A stretch of DNA of 64,000 bases from contig CATNEN010000003.1 in the NCBI GenBank assembly GCA_950097015.1, positions 10,292,001 through 10,356,000 of the forward strand, written 5' to 3'. Of the stretch, positions 40,340-52,200 are shown piece by piece. The notes beneath the pieces are model-generated. The model did not search any database and was not told where the DNA came from. It worked only from the letters and a program-made list of their open reading frames with translations. A program made the position numbers and the translations under genes. Each line of letters begins with the position of its first letter. Position 1 is the first letter of the stretch. Origin of the DNA: Macrostomum hystrix. Lineage: Eukaryota; Animalia; Platyhelminthes.

Positions 40340-40791
40340 AGAGCAAATTTCTTTGAATATTCTGTTTCTAAAGCAGTAGATGTAGACTTACTGCCACTGA
40401 TTTCAACAATATCGAACTGAACTACTTTAATGGTGATTTCATCAACATATTTGCAGACAGAAAGGGATTTGCTAGCTTTATCTACTCTAGCAAAGAAAGC
40501 ACCTTTATCTTGCAAAATAGTCTGCAGCAAAGCTGTAAATGATTCATTCGTTAGACTTTCTTTAAATGTGGTAGAAATACGTAGCAAAGAGGCAACCGAT
40601 CCATTTAAAAGCAAGCCACAAGCTGAATTTATATCTACAGCAGAAGAAATGATGGCAAACTCAGTGGCAGAACCTTCACACGAAACCACAACAGTAGAAC
40701 TACTCATGTTTCTACTGTTAAAAGCGTTCTTAACGAGTAAACCAGCGAGCGAACTTGACGTCTTTCGATTAGACAAGAGAGAAGCAAGCAT
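40340..40791 (-). CDS. XRCC4: XRCC4-like, exon 1 (head domain; ATG 40791 or 40707)
   Basis: Non-repetitive ORF ending CT|GTGAGT in phase 2, joining exon 2 in frame; total 265-293 aa. Confidence 0.75.
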
Positions 40792-40993
40792 GAGTTTGCC
40801 TTTTTTCCAAGAAAAAACATTTGATTTAAATTCCCGTTTTAGCTTAAAACAAAAAACAAAAGAAGTATTTAAAAAAAAGTTTTTTATGATAATAACTACT
40901 TAAAACAGAAATTAAGCCGTAAATTAAAAAACTCTTGATTAATTTAATAAACTAACAGTAAAAAATTTTTTCTTTTTCTGGTCACATTTTTAT

Positions 40994-41029
40994 CAAGGAC
41001 CACTAGAAGAAGACTTCTAGTGGTCCTTG
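40994..41029. mobile_element. 36-bp hairpin mini-MITE with 8-bp TSD
   Basis: CAAGGACCACTAGAAG-aaga-CTTCTAGTGGTCCTTG perfect 16-bp inverted repeat, flanked by direct ATTTTTAT (40986-40993 and 41030-41037). Confidence 0.7.
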
Positions 41030-41088
41030 ATTTTTATATGAACAGTATGGAATAACTTTATTTAAGCTCTTCTTAGACTTAGTTAATA

Positions 41089-41506
41089 GGTACCGAGTCA
41101 CCGACCACTTTGTCGAAAGCGAAAGGTTTTTCTTTGCCTTTTACTCGGTTTTGTTTTACTTTATATACAATTAACCATCTGAAATATTCAAATAATTAAT
41201 TTGTTTTCGAATAATTTGTATTTGAGACATTATAAATAAATGTCATGTTTTTCTCTCAACCCAGCCGCCCCTTAGGCTTTCAAGAATATTTAGTATGCTA
41301 ATAACACATCGAATCAGTCATGTGTTATTGAGGACGTAATTTCGTCGGACTCAGTTTTGGAGACTGAGGAGACTTGAATATTTCAAATGGTTAATTGGAT
41401 ATAAAGTAAAACAAAACCACAGTAATGACTGCGCCAAAGTGGTCAAGCATTAAGGCAAAGAAAAAAATTTCGCCTATGTGGTCTTTCGCCAAAGTGGTCT
41501 GAAACC
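41089..41506. mobile_element. MULE/Foldback-type MITE
   Basis: 9-bp TSD TAGTTAATA (41080-41088, 41507-41515); long imperfect TIRs (GACCACTTTG.CGAAAG and GGTTTTGTTTTACTTTATAT.CAATTAACCAT.TGAAATATTCAA on both arms). Confidence 0.82.
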
Positions 41507-44500
41507 TAGTTAATAACCAACGGTTGAACTAATTTCTGAATTAGCCTAGACTCATTATTTTATGTTCTGTTTTGAAATTCAGATTTTATGCATGTCTGAG
41601 GCACCTCTGACGTTCATGAAGAAAGGATTTGATAAAGGTGTGTTCATTGTTTCTTTAAGTTTGGTTTGTTAAAAAATGGTACTTCTTTTTTGGTATCTCA
41701 GGTACCATGCATTTTGAAACAATGTCATTGCTTTTTGGTACCGCTTCCTATTGGTGACTCAGTGAGCAGTTTTATTGGCCCTAGGCCCTATAATCTAACT
41801 ACATAATGGCACAAGACGATAGGGAAACCACTGACGCTTTAGCAAAGTACATCATAGAAATCTCTAAAATAAGGGAACAGCTGCCGAGACTACGAGCTTG
41901 TATTAATGGGTACAGATCAAATCGTTGTATTCTAAAATGTCATATGATGATGACGATTTGCAGAAAAGTATCACAATAGGCCTATTCTATTTAATATTAC
42001 AATCTTGACTATTTGTATTGATCTCAGATCTCATGCTCATGTTTCAATTCAAGTCAAACAATGACTTGGCTCTAAGAGATGTGTGCCTGTTTATAAACTC
42101 ACAGTGGGCACAACAACTTGAACTAGGGCCTATAGTATCAGTGTACTTGTGCATGTGTACATCATGCAAATAATTGGCATTGCTATGGAATGACGATGCA
42201 ATAGAAGGGCATATTTGAGTTACATGTACATAGCTACATGCTGAATGAAATTCAGTTCATGTGTTATGTAATGTGCAATGTACTTTGAGTGGCTCAAATG
42301 ATGGCTCAGGCCAAAATGTATGCTTCACTTTGCTTATGCTTTAAACAAAGCTGTTTATGGAGCCAATAAAATAAAAATATGACGATTTAGATCATCTTAT
42401 TTTTTTCCAACTGGCATAGCCCCTATGATGATTTAGAATATGACAATTTGGGTAGGAGCTGTATTAACAGTAACATTTAACAATATTTATTTCATATTTT
42501 TTTATTCCTGGCATCCCTTGTATTTTTACTACTCTTATTTTTAATAACTTTGCTTTTCCCTTCCCAGCTCAATAGTTGAATCCTACAAAACTTAGTTTTT
42601 TATGTTTTTCATTGTCCATGAAAATATTTGTTGTCAAAAAAAATATAAAAAAAAATATCAGAGCACTCATAGATGGCGTGCCTGGTTTAATAAAAATGAT
42701 GATAATAATAATAATATTAAATTATGATGTGGAGTGTGCTGCGGGAATCGAGTGGGAATGTGAGCCAGCAGAATTTTTCAAATTTTTAGGCAGTAATAAT
42801 CGCGACCCACATAGCAGCTGGCCGCAAAACAAGATCATTAATCTTAGGGCCGGGTTTGGGGCGGTGGTGAATTGAGTAGCCGCCGAATTCCCTCTCCCTG
42901 GATCTGTTTTAGCCCCTGTAGGAATGACTGATCGCGGCCATAACTCTAATGTATGAGCTAGTCTAGGTCATAATTCTCCTCCAAACTGCAATCAGATGTT
43001 GGGAATCACTCGGGCATTATGACTAATCATTAATTCTTCATGTCCCCACTTCTTTACAGTATTCGAGCCCAGCTCAACTTTATGACCTTCCTCCTTTTAG
43101 ATACATGTAATGTCACTGTAGGCAGGTCGGCGCCTGCGCTTCCCATTGTCCTGGCGGAGTAACAATTGCTGGCCAACTGCTGATGGCTGTTCGCGCAGAA
43201 CATCTGTTGTTTCCCACCGCTGGCTCATTGGGTGATGAGGGTGGCCTATAGCCGCCCCAATCCCTCGTTGACAGGCTGGCGCGAATGTGGGTTATTTTGA
43301 TGGATGTCGAGGTTGGCGTGCTGCAGGACTATTTAAGTAAGCGCGCTGCGCTGCTCCCTCTAGGACCTTCTTCTCCACCTTTCTACTCCCCCTCCTACCG
43401 TCGGACCTACCTTTGCTGGGCTGGACTCCCACCGGACCCAGCACTTCCATTCTGGACCCAATTCCCCCACATAGGGCTTAGACCCTAGAGCTATAAGCTC
43501 AGCCAAGGGCTCACAGGCTCATTGCCTGCGTCTAGTCCCCCAATAGTGCAAGCCACCTCTTTAGGTGAGCTCTCGAATTGAGCCTTAGAGCTCCACTAGT
43601 GCGTTGGCCCCCGCCAGCTCACGTCTAGCACTTTTCCCCTCCCTGCCTTGCTAATCTTGCCCGTCCCACCCACAAGAGCTACAGGACTGCAGCACGCGGC
43701 CAATCAATACTCAGATATGTAACCCGCGTAGCGGTTATTGATTGTTATTCCAAAGGGACTTTTCTTTTAGCTAGGCGGCACTTTAGTGGGAAAGGGCACT
43801 AGGATTTTTGGTTCAATATAAAGCTTTCATCACTATCCAATCACATTGCTTTAGGCCAATTTAAAGTACAATTTAAATCCTTTCCTATTGTTCGCCTCCA
43901 TGTTTATTTTATCTCTTAGACAGCCCTCAGAGATGAGTGGCTAAACTCTTAGAGGGTGGGCTCTGGTGAGGCCAAGCTGAAGGCTGCGGCAGGAAGACAA
44001 CTGTAAGCGCGTGTGAGAGCAATAGGGAGCTAGGGATTCGTGGGCAGATCTCTGCCGGGGTGTGGGGGATTCCTTGGTGGGTTTTCCTCTCTTCCTGGCG
44101 GGTCAAAGGGTACGTGTCAAACTCCCTTGCCAATAGAGTTCCTATTCTTTCCCCCCTCCTCTCGCGACTGCCGCCACAGGAGCAAGAGCAAGGGTCAAAT
44201 AATCCTTTGCTTGCGCAATCACTCAGCCAGTGTTCTGCTTTATCTCTCCAGCCTCTGATCTCCTCTACTCACACAGATTCGGATTTGTTAGTTACTTAAT
44301 GTGTAAGTTGCAGTCTAATGTATAGAATGTGTCTGATGTCTTATGAGTAGGGTTCTGGCTATGGATTCTCATTCAAGTTCTTAGTACCACCTTTCTAGAC
44401 CCCTGTAGCGCGAATTCAGGAATCCCCTGTTGAGGCGTGTCTCAATCCATTCTGGGGCTCTCACCCCAGTCTAAAACGGAAGTTGCAGAATGCCCTATTT

Positions 44501-46497
44501 TCGGCTTGTCTAGATCTGCGTGATAAACTGGGAGCTGTGTACTCCGGGGACCCAAGTTCCCAAATGTCTGCAGTGGCAACGTAGGCGCATTGGGTGGTGG
44601 CGCTACCCTAGATCAACTATCCGCTTTGCCGATAGCCTTTCCGCATTTCTACGACAAGGGCCTAGGCCGAATCGACCACCGCTACCAAGGTTAGGAGTCA
44701 GTTGCGCACGCACTACTGACGACAGTAGACTAGTTAGCCCTGTCCTGTCCGATTCCGGGCAGTCCGACACCTCTCCTTAGACTTTTAGCCAGTTTCGAGC
44801 ACTGCTTGGGGTAGGCATGGCAGTCATGTCTGTGGCCTATGGGATGAGTGGGACTGGCCAGCCTGAGGCCGATAGGACCACTCCCTGCATCCGCTGAACC
44901 TCCCTCTCTCCCTTCATCTCCTCCCTCTCTCCGCGACATCTCGCGTGTAGCTAGGCAGATATTTAAGTCGACTGTCGCCCACCTTAGGAATCTTCTCTCT
45001 TGAGGGCAGGTCAGCAGTTTCAAAACTCCCATCCATTTCAATTATTAATTTATATATAGGCCTATATATGTAATGTTGATTTACTAATACATGATTGATG
45101 CATGAAAGCCATTCTTTTGATTTTTGATCCCCATTTCTTAGGCTATGCACTTTTGTTAGCAAAGGCAATCCCTGTGTTCTGTATAAAATATGCATTTAAA
45201 TAGTAGAAAAGGATTTCTACTTTAATAAGAATTCCTTTCTCAATTTTAAAGATGTGTAACAAATGTAAATATAAGGGGCATGACTAAGTAAACAGTAAGA
45301 TAGGGCATTCTATAATTTTCTGCATTTTTAGTCAATAGTTACACTAGCCTAATAACACCCAAGAAAAGATTGGATTATATGTTACATGGCATATTTTATT
45401 CTATTGTTTTACATGTCAAGAAAATATTGGGCTCTATAGGACCAATCTTAAGGGATCAATAACAAAATATTGCTATGTTTTAGGGCTAGCTTTTGCAATT
45501 GTAGATGTAAAATGGTAGATCAAAAAGGAAGCCGAATCTTGAAGTTTGAACGTTAATCATAGAGCCTAGGTTGCCAATTTTATTTTATGTGCGTAGCATC
45601 TATATACGAGATCTATTTGTTTAAATATTTCTTTAATATGCATTTTTGTGCTTGTTTGTAGTACTATTAACTTGTATTAGTTGCACATATTTGATATCAT
45701 TAGCCACAATCAAACCATGAATATAGTATTTTTAATTTGTTTTACTGCATTTTTAAAATAGCTTACATGTGTATGCCACTTTAAAAGTAAACCATTTATT
45801 AATCATTTAACTTAAATTTTATTTACGTATGACACTACCAAATACTTTTTGTCACCCAGAAGCCATATGAAAAAGCACTGACTAGTACAAAATGCTAGGT
45901 AGTAAAATTTATAAATCCAGAATATGTATTGTCAATTTATAAGTTAGTCATCAAATTCTTGCATACTTTTATTAGTACCTGTCATTGTGTCATATGTTTT
46001 CAATCAATAGTAAGTTATTAAATCATTAAAACATCTCAATAGGAAATGAAAAGAGACTAGATTTTGCACTTGTGCATAAAACCAATAAAGAATGTAACTT
46101 AGGATGACTTTGAAACTGAGAAAAAGCTTGCTTGGCTAGACAGGCCATAGATAAAATATGAAATAATTTTGTTATGTAAATAATAACAACTAACTAGCTG
46201 GTTAGATAAAAAGTTGCTATGGAGTCTAAACGGAGGGTATATCCATAGTCTGGATCATGCTAGGTGCATGCCAGAAAAATAATTGTGAGGCTTGGGTGCA
46301 TGCTAAAAGTGCTTATTTTGCATACTTAAAAGTTCAAACAAAAAAAGCAATTTTTTTGTGCTCTACTTAATTAACCACAAACATATCAAAACGAATACCT
46401 GTGGCATACTGGAAAAATTTGTGCTGGTTATTTTTGCTTTATATAGTTTCCAACTTTACAGCATCTTAAAAATCAAAGCTAATTGTCCTATTTACAG

Positions 46498-46848
46498 CTA
46501 CTTCAAATCAGCTTTCAAATTTTTCTAGTGTCAGCTTTGTCTGACATAGGCGATGTACTGGCTGCTAAAATTGATCGCATTCTGACTCGCAACTCTATTG
46601 GTGAACCAGTTGCATATGAATTATCAGAATTATTTGCTAAACATACTACTCACAGTAGCGCTGGTAGTGTCCTAGTAGTAAGCGCCGATCCTAGGCCAGG
46701 CCAGACTGATGTATCGGCGGCATTCGATCCGGCCTCCGCTTTGGCCACGATTCGTTTAATTGTGCCGCCACAGTTAGGCACCGGAACTGATTGGCGTCAG
46801 TCGCGTCTGCCTTTGGGTTTCTGCTTTTTAATTGCCGCTCCACCTCAG
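46498..46848 (+). CDS. OAF: Out-at-first homolog, exon 1 (signal-peptide-like start, no genomic ATG)
   Basis: tttacAG|CTA CTT CAA..., LLQISFQIFLVSALS hydrophobic leader, RNSIGE and CF positions compatible with OAF; CAG|GTAGTA donor, phase 0. An alternative acceptor exists at 46528. Confidence 0.72.
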
Positions 46849-46916
46849 GTAGTATTTAGATGGTTTTTTAATTGAAAAAATTAGCACTCCATGGATAATT
46901 ATCGACCACTCCTTAG

Positions 46917-47462
46917 GATCAACTTCCAATGCCTGTGCTGCGTCTGCACTTGTCGGCAATGATGAAGCAGCTGCAGTCTGTCACTATTCCCCTACCAGCC
47001 GAAGAGGATCGTGGCAAATCGGCTCACTGGGCTGGCCGGTCTGTTGCCATAGCAACTCTGGCCAAATTGTCGCCAGGCCTAGCCAAGCATTGCGCAGTAG
47101 CTGTTGGCAGTGAAGGCGCGGTGCACGCAGCTCCTGAAGATCTGACATTGTCTGCGCAATTGAAGCCAAACGATGCAGCTACGAAGAGTCTAGTCCAGTC
47201 CATTAATAATGAGAAAACTAGTTTCCCAACTTCAACTTGTCGCCAATTGTGGTATAAGGCAGTCGGTGCTGTTGATTCGTGCATCTGTCAGTTAGCAGCC
47301 TGTCTGCTTTGGTATCCTTGCGGCTTGCATTCGTGCCCAGCCGCATTGTCTGCTATTAGTTCGCCGATGCCGTGTCGCAATGACCAGTTGCGTTCTTGTC
47401 GCGTCTGTCATCAGTTTCATTTTCGAGTCGATAATGTCACAGCTTGTCCCCTGTATGCGTGA
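46917..47462 (+). CDS. OAF: Out-at-first homolog, exon 2
   Basis: ccttAG acceptor, phase 0; EEDRG and the Cys-rich CxC...WYPCGL..C...RSC..C..F.F.V pattern of OAF; ATTAAA at 47549. Confidence 0.88.
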   Translation, partial: DQLPMPVLRLHLSAMMKQLQSVTIPLPAEEDRGKSAHWAGRSVAIATLAKLSPGLAKHCAVAVGSEGAVHAAPEDLTLSAQLKPNDAATKSLVQSINNEKTSFPTSTCRQLWYKAVGAVDSCICQLAACLLWYPCGLHSCPAALSAISSPMPCRNDQLRSCRVCHQFHFRVDNVTACPLYA

Positions 47463-48170
47463 TACAGTTTTTTAATGCAATTGTATAATATGTTATTTGC
47501 AGTATTTAATTCCTTATAAATTTACAAAAACTTTATGCATTGTTTCTCATTAAAAATATCAATTTTGCTAGACCAAAATTTTCTATATAATCAAATTCTG
47601 TGATATTTCTGAGCTATTTAATTTATTTCAGATTACATCAAACATTTATTAATTAGTTATTTAAATACCAGTTAGCTACCAGTTCTAAGAACAATAGTAA
47701 ACAGCCCCAAACACCACAGCAACCAAGAGCACCTTGAAACCATTTTAAAACAAACACTTTAGCAGCAAATCCCATGCACCATAGCAACCGATCCCCATCA
47801 CCATAGCAACCGATCCCCATCACCATAGCAACCAGTCCTAAGCACCTAAGCACCTGCTTAAAAATCCGCTGCTTTAAAATGGCACCACAGCCTCAAATCC
47901 CAAGCTCCATAGCAACAAATCCCAAGCTCTATAGCAACAAATCCCAAGCCCCATAGCAACTAATCCTAAGCCCCATAGCAACTAATCCAAAGCCCCATTG
48001 TAACTAATCCTAAGCTCCATAGCTAGTAATCCCAAGCATCAAGATTTTTTTCACGCTCAGAACTCAGATTTACTCTAGCCAACAAGCAGCGAAAACATTA
48101 AGTCTTTCACGATCACAGTCTCCAACCGAAACCCATCTTTCAGCGTAGCCGCCAGCCGAGGTTTCTTTCA

Positions 48171-48407
48171 ATGACGTCATCAGGCTTGGATCGGGTCCAG
48201 GCTTGGCGTGGCCAATCAGAATCAGCTAGACGCCAAGACATGCTACGCGATCTTCAACACCTCGACGCCGGAGCTCGCGGCATTGAACGCGACCTCCGAC
48301 AACTTCTGGCTGGTCGTCGGGCTTGCGCTGGAGTCGATTTGGCCTCTCTATTAGAATTTGACACCGAATTAAATTTCAATCGACTGGCTGACAGGCAAAA
48401 ATTACAG
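48171..48407 (+). CDS. CCDC112: CCDC112, exon 1
   Basis: ATG 48171, preceded by an in-frame tttcAG acceptor at 48143; coiled-coil-like sequence; CAG|GTAAAC donor in phase 0 matches exon 2. Confidence 0.72.
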
Positions 48408-48431
48408 GTAAACATCCACTTGCTAATGAAG

Positions 48432-48960
48432 TCTGCTTGCAGAAGGAACTGCCTGAAATGAAGGCTTCTTGCAGAAGGAACTGCCTGAAATGAAGGCTGC
48501 TTGCAGAAGGAACTGCCTGAAATGAAGGCTTCTTGCAGAAGGAACTGCCTGAACTGAAGGCTGCTTGCAGAAGGAACTGTGCCTGAACTGAAGGCTGCTT
48601 GCAGAAGGAACTGTGCCTGAACTAAGGGCTGCCTGCAGAAGGAACTGTGCCTGAACTAAGGGCTGCTTGCAGAAGGAACTGCCTGAACTGAAGGCTGCTT
48701 GCAGAAGGAACTGTGCCTGAACTGAAGGCTGCTTGCAGAAGGAACTGTGCCTGAACTAAGGGCTGCCTGCAGAAGGAACTGTGCCTGAACTAAGGGCTGC
48801 TTGCAGAAGGAACTGTGCCTGAACTGAAGGCTGCTTGCAGAAGGAACTGTGCCTGAACTAAGGGCTGCTTGCAGAAGGAACTGTGCCTGAACTGAAGGCT
48901 GCTTGCAGAAGGAACTGTGCCTGAACTAAGGGCTGCTTGCAGAAGGAACTGTGCCTGAAC
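48432..48960. repeat. 32-34-bp minisatellite at the start of CCDC112 intron 1
   Basis: GCAGAAGGAACTGTGCCTGAACTGAAGGCTGCTT units. Confidence 0.93.
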
Positions 48961-48964
48961 TTTG

Positions 48965-49250
48965 CCGGGGGTTGTAGCCTAGTGGTTAAGAGCGTCGGAC
49001 TCACGACTTAAAGGTTCGGGGTTCGATAGCCGACTCCTGGAGAAATTTGTGTCCTTTAGCAAGTCACTTAACTGTGCATTGCTTCAGTTCAACCAGCTGT
49101 TAATTGTGTACCAGCATTAGTTGAGGAAATTGTCTATGGAAGTGGCGTCCTACCAGTACATGGATTAGGCAGTCGTATGCAGCATTCAATAGCTGCGGCT
49201 GTGCTGTCGGCTACACATCTGACTCAATCGGGGAAGGTGCATTCAACTAT
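48965..49250 (+). mobile_element. SINE family A
   Basis: TAGCCTAGTGG A box, GGTTCGAT B box, CORE-like body, and 3' GGCTGTGCTGTCGGCT.CACATCTG shared with the 27046 copy. Confidence 0.82.
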
Positions 49251-49899
49251 CGTGAAGAAATAAAATTTCTAAGATTGCATGAGTACCGTCTTCTTTCTAA
49301 TATACTAAAAATGAACTGTTTATTTACTTACTTGGTTGTAATTGATTTTCTCCCGAACGGCTCAACCGATTTTCACCATTTCTTCACCAAAATATGCGAA
49401 ATATGGGCAGAATTTTACACGTATTTTTATTAAGCTTAACTCCATTGCTAAGGGGATTAAATATTCGAAAAACATGATTTTTTAAAGGTCAAACCATCTT
49501 GGCCTATTGAGAATTTTACTCACTGCCACTGAATTAGAATTGCATCGTCAAATTGCGCAACAACCCCTAGCTGATTGAATTTGAAGCCTGCACTCTGGAG
49601 ACAAATTGGAAATAAATGTACACAACCAACCGTGAGACTGAGTGTACTCTATTTTCTCACTTCATTGTACAAAGCCAGAACTTTGATAATTCATTTTATA
49701 AGGCTGATTTTTGCACCCACTAACCAACAGTCGGAATAGCCGATGTGTAGGCACTAGGAATAGGTTATAGGCTAGGCTAGGGTTCGATTCTGCACTGCGT
49801 CAAATCATTTAAACTAATTTTCAGCCAGTAGTGATTGAAGATTATTTTGATTTATTTTTTTCATTTCGTAAATAAAATATCATAAATCATAGCAAATCT

Positions 49900-52200
49900 G
49901 AGTTTGAATCATTGCAACAATAGAGTCTAAATCATGGCAAAACCAGAGTCTGAATCATGGCTACACCAGCGTTTGAATCATGGCTAAACCAGAGTCTGAA
50001 TCATGGCTACACCAGAGTTTGAATCATGGCTACACCAGCGTTTGAATCATGGCTAAACCAGAGTCTGAATCATGGCTACACCAGAGTTTGAATCATGGCT
50101 AAACCAGAGTCTGAATCATGGCTACACCAGAGTTTGAATCATGGCTAAACCAGAGTCTGAATCATGGCTAAACCAGAGTTTGAATCATGGCTAAACCAGA
50201 GTCTGAATCATGGCTAAACCAGAGTCTGAATCATGGCTACACCAGAGTTTGAATCATGGCTAAACCAGAGTCTGAATCATGGCTAAACCAGAGTTTGAAT
50301 CATGGCTAAACCAGAGCTTGAATCATGGCTGAACCAGCGTCTGAATCATGGCTAAACCAGAGCTTGAATCATGGCTAAACCAGAGTTTGAATCATGGCTA
50401 AACCAGAGTTTGAATCATGGCTAAACCAGAGTCTGAATCTGAATCATGGCTAAACCAGCGTCTGAATCATGGCTAAACCAGAGTCTGAATCATGGCAAAA
50501 CCAGAGTCTGAATCATGGCTAAACCAGAGTTTGAATCATGGCTAAACCAGGGTCTGAATCATGGCTAAACCAGAGTTTGAATCATGGCTAAACCAGGGTC
50601 TGAATCATGGCTAAAACAGAGTTTGAATCATGGCTAAACCAGGGTCTGAATCATGGCTAAACCAGAGTCTGAATCATGGCTAAACCAGGGTCTGAATCAT
50701 GGCTAAACCAGAGTTTGCATCATGGCTAAACCAGAGTCTGAATCATGGCTAAACCAGAGTCTGAATCATGGCTAAACCAGAGTTTGAATCATGGCTAAAC
50801 CAGAGTCTGAATCATGGCTAAACCAGAGTCTGAATCATGGCAAAAATAGAGCTTGAATCATGGCTAAACCAGCGTCTGAATCATGGCTAAACCAGAGCTT
50901 GAATCATGGCTAAACCAGAGTTTGAATCATGGCTAAACCAGAGTCTGAATCATGGCTAAACCAGAGTCTGAATCATGGCTAAACCAGAGTCTGAATCATG
51001 GCAAAACCAGAGTCTGAATCATGGCTAAACCAGAGTTTGAATCATGGCTAAACCAGGGTCTGAATCATGGCTAAAACAGAGTTTAAATCATGGCAAAACC
51101 AGAGTCTGAATCATGGCTAAACCAGAGTTTGAATCATGGCTAAACCAGGGTCTGAATCATGGCTAAACCAGAGTCTGAATCATGGCTAAACCAGAGTCTG
51201 AATCATGGCTAAACCAGAGTCTGAATCATGGCAAAACCAGAGTCTGAATCATGGCTAAAACAGAGTTTAAATCATAGCTAAACCAGCGTCTGAATCATGG
51301 CTAAACCAGAGTTTGAATCATGGCTAAACCAGAGTTAAAATCATGGCTAAACCAGAGTTAAAATCATGGCTAAACCAGAGTCTGAATCATGGCTAAACCA
51401 GAGTCTGAATCATGGCTAAACCAGAGTCCGAATCATGGCTAAACCAGAGTTTGAATCATGGCTAAACCAGGGTCTGAATCATGGCTAAACCAGAGTCTGA
51501 ATCATGGCTAAACCAGAGTTTGAATCATGGCTAAACCAGAGTCTGAATCATGGCTAAACCAGAGTCTGAATCATGGCAAAACCAGAGTCTGAATCATGGC
51601 TAAACCAGAGTTTGAATCATGGCTAAACCAGGGTCTGAATCATGGCTAAAACAGAGTTTAAATCATGGCAAAACCAGAGTCTGAATCATGGCTAAACCAG
51701 AGTTTGAATCATGGCTAAACCAGGGTCTGAATCATGGCTAAACCAGAGTCTGAATCATGGCTAAACCAGAGTCTGAATCATGGCTAAACCAGAGTCTGAA
51801 TCATGGCAAAACCAGAGTCTGAATCATGGCTAAAACAGAGTTTAAATCATAGCTAAACCAGCGTCTGAATCATGGCTAAACCAGAGTTTGAATCATGGCT
51901 AAACCAGAGTTAAAATCATGGCTAAACCAGAGTTAAAATCATGGCTAAACCAGAGTCTGAATCATGGCTAAACCAGAGTCTGAATCATGGCTAAACCAGA
52001 GTCCGAATCATGGCTAAACCAGAGTTTGAATCATGGCTAAACCAGGGTCTGAATCATGGCTAAACCAGAGTCTGAATCATGGCTAAACCAGAGTTTGAAT
52101 CATGGCTAAACCAGAGTCTGAATCATGGCTAAACCAGAGTCTGAATCATGGCTAAACCAGAGTCTGAATCGTAGCCAACTAGAGTTTGAATCATGGCAAA
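49900..52200. repeat. 23-bp minisatellite inside the Helitron
   Basis: GAATCATGGCTAAACCAGAGTCT units. Confidence 0.95.

Noticed and set aside
40708-40722. Leader-donated AUG for XRCC4 at tttaacAG
   Set aside because: The acceptor is followed by TAG and is out of frame with ATG 40707, so XRCC4 uses its own ATG; it is not counted in the phase-0 set.
40430-40903. 157-aa plus-strand ORF
   Set aside because: Antisense shadow of XRCC4 exon 1, with no recognisable motifs.
47460-47520. UGA readthrough as in Drosophila oaf
   Set aside because: The stop is TGA but is followed by T and a short AT-rich frame that closes after about 18 codons.
48965-49040. tRNA gene
   Set aside because: Head of a multi-copy SINE followed by a CORE-like body; the cloverleaf is degenerate.
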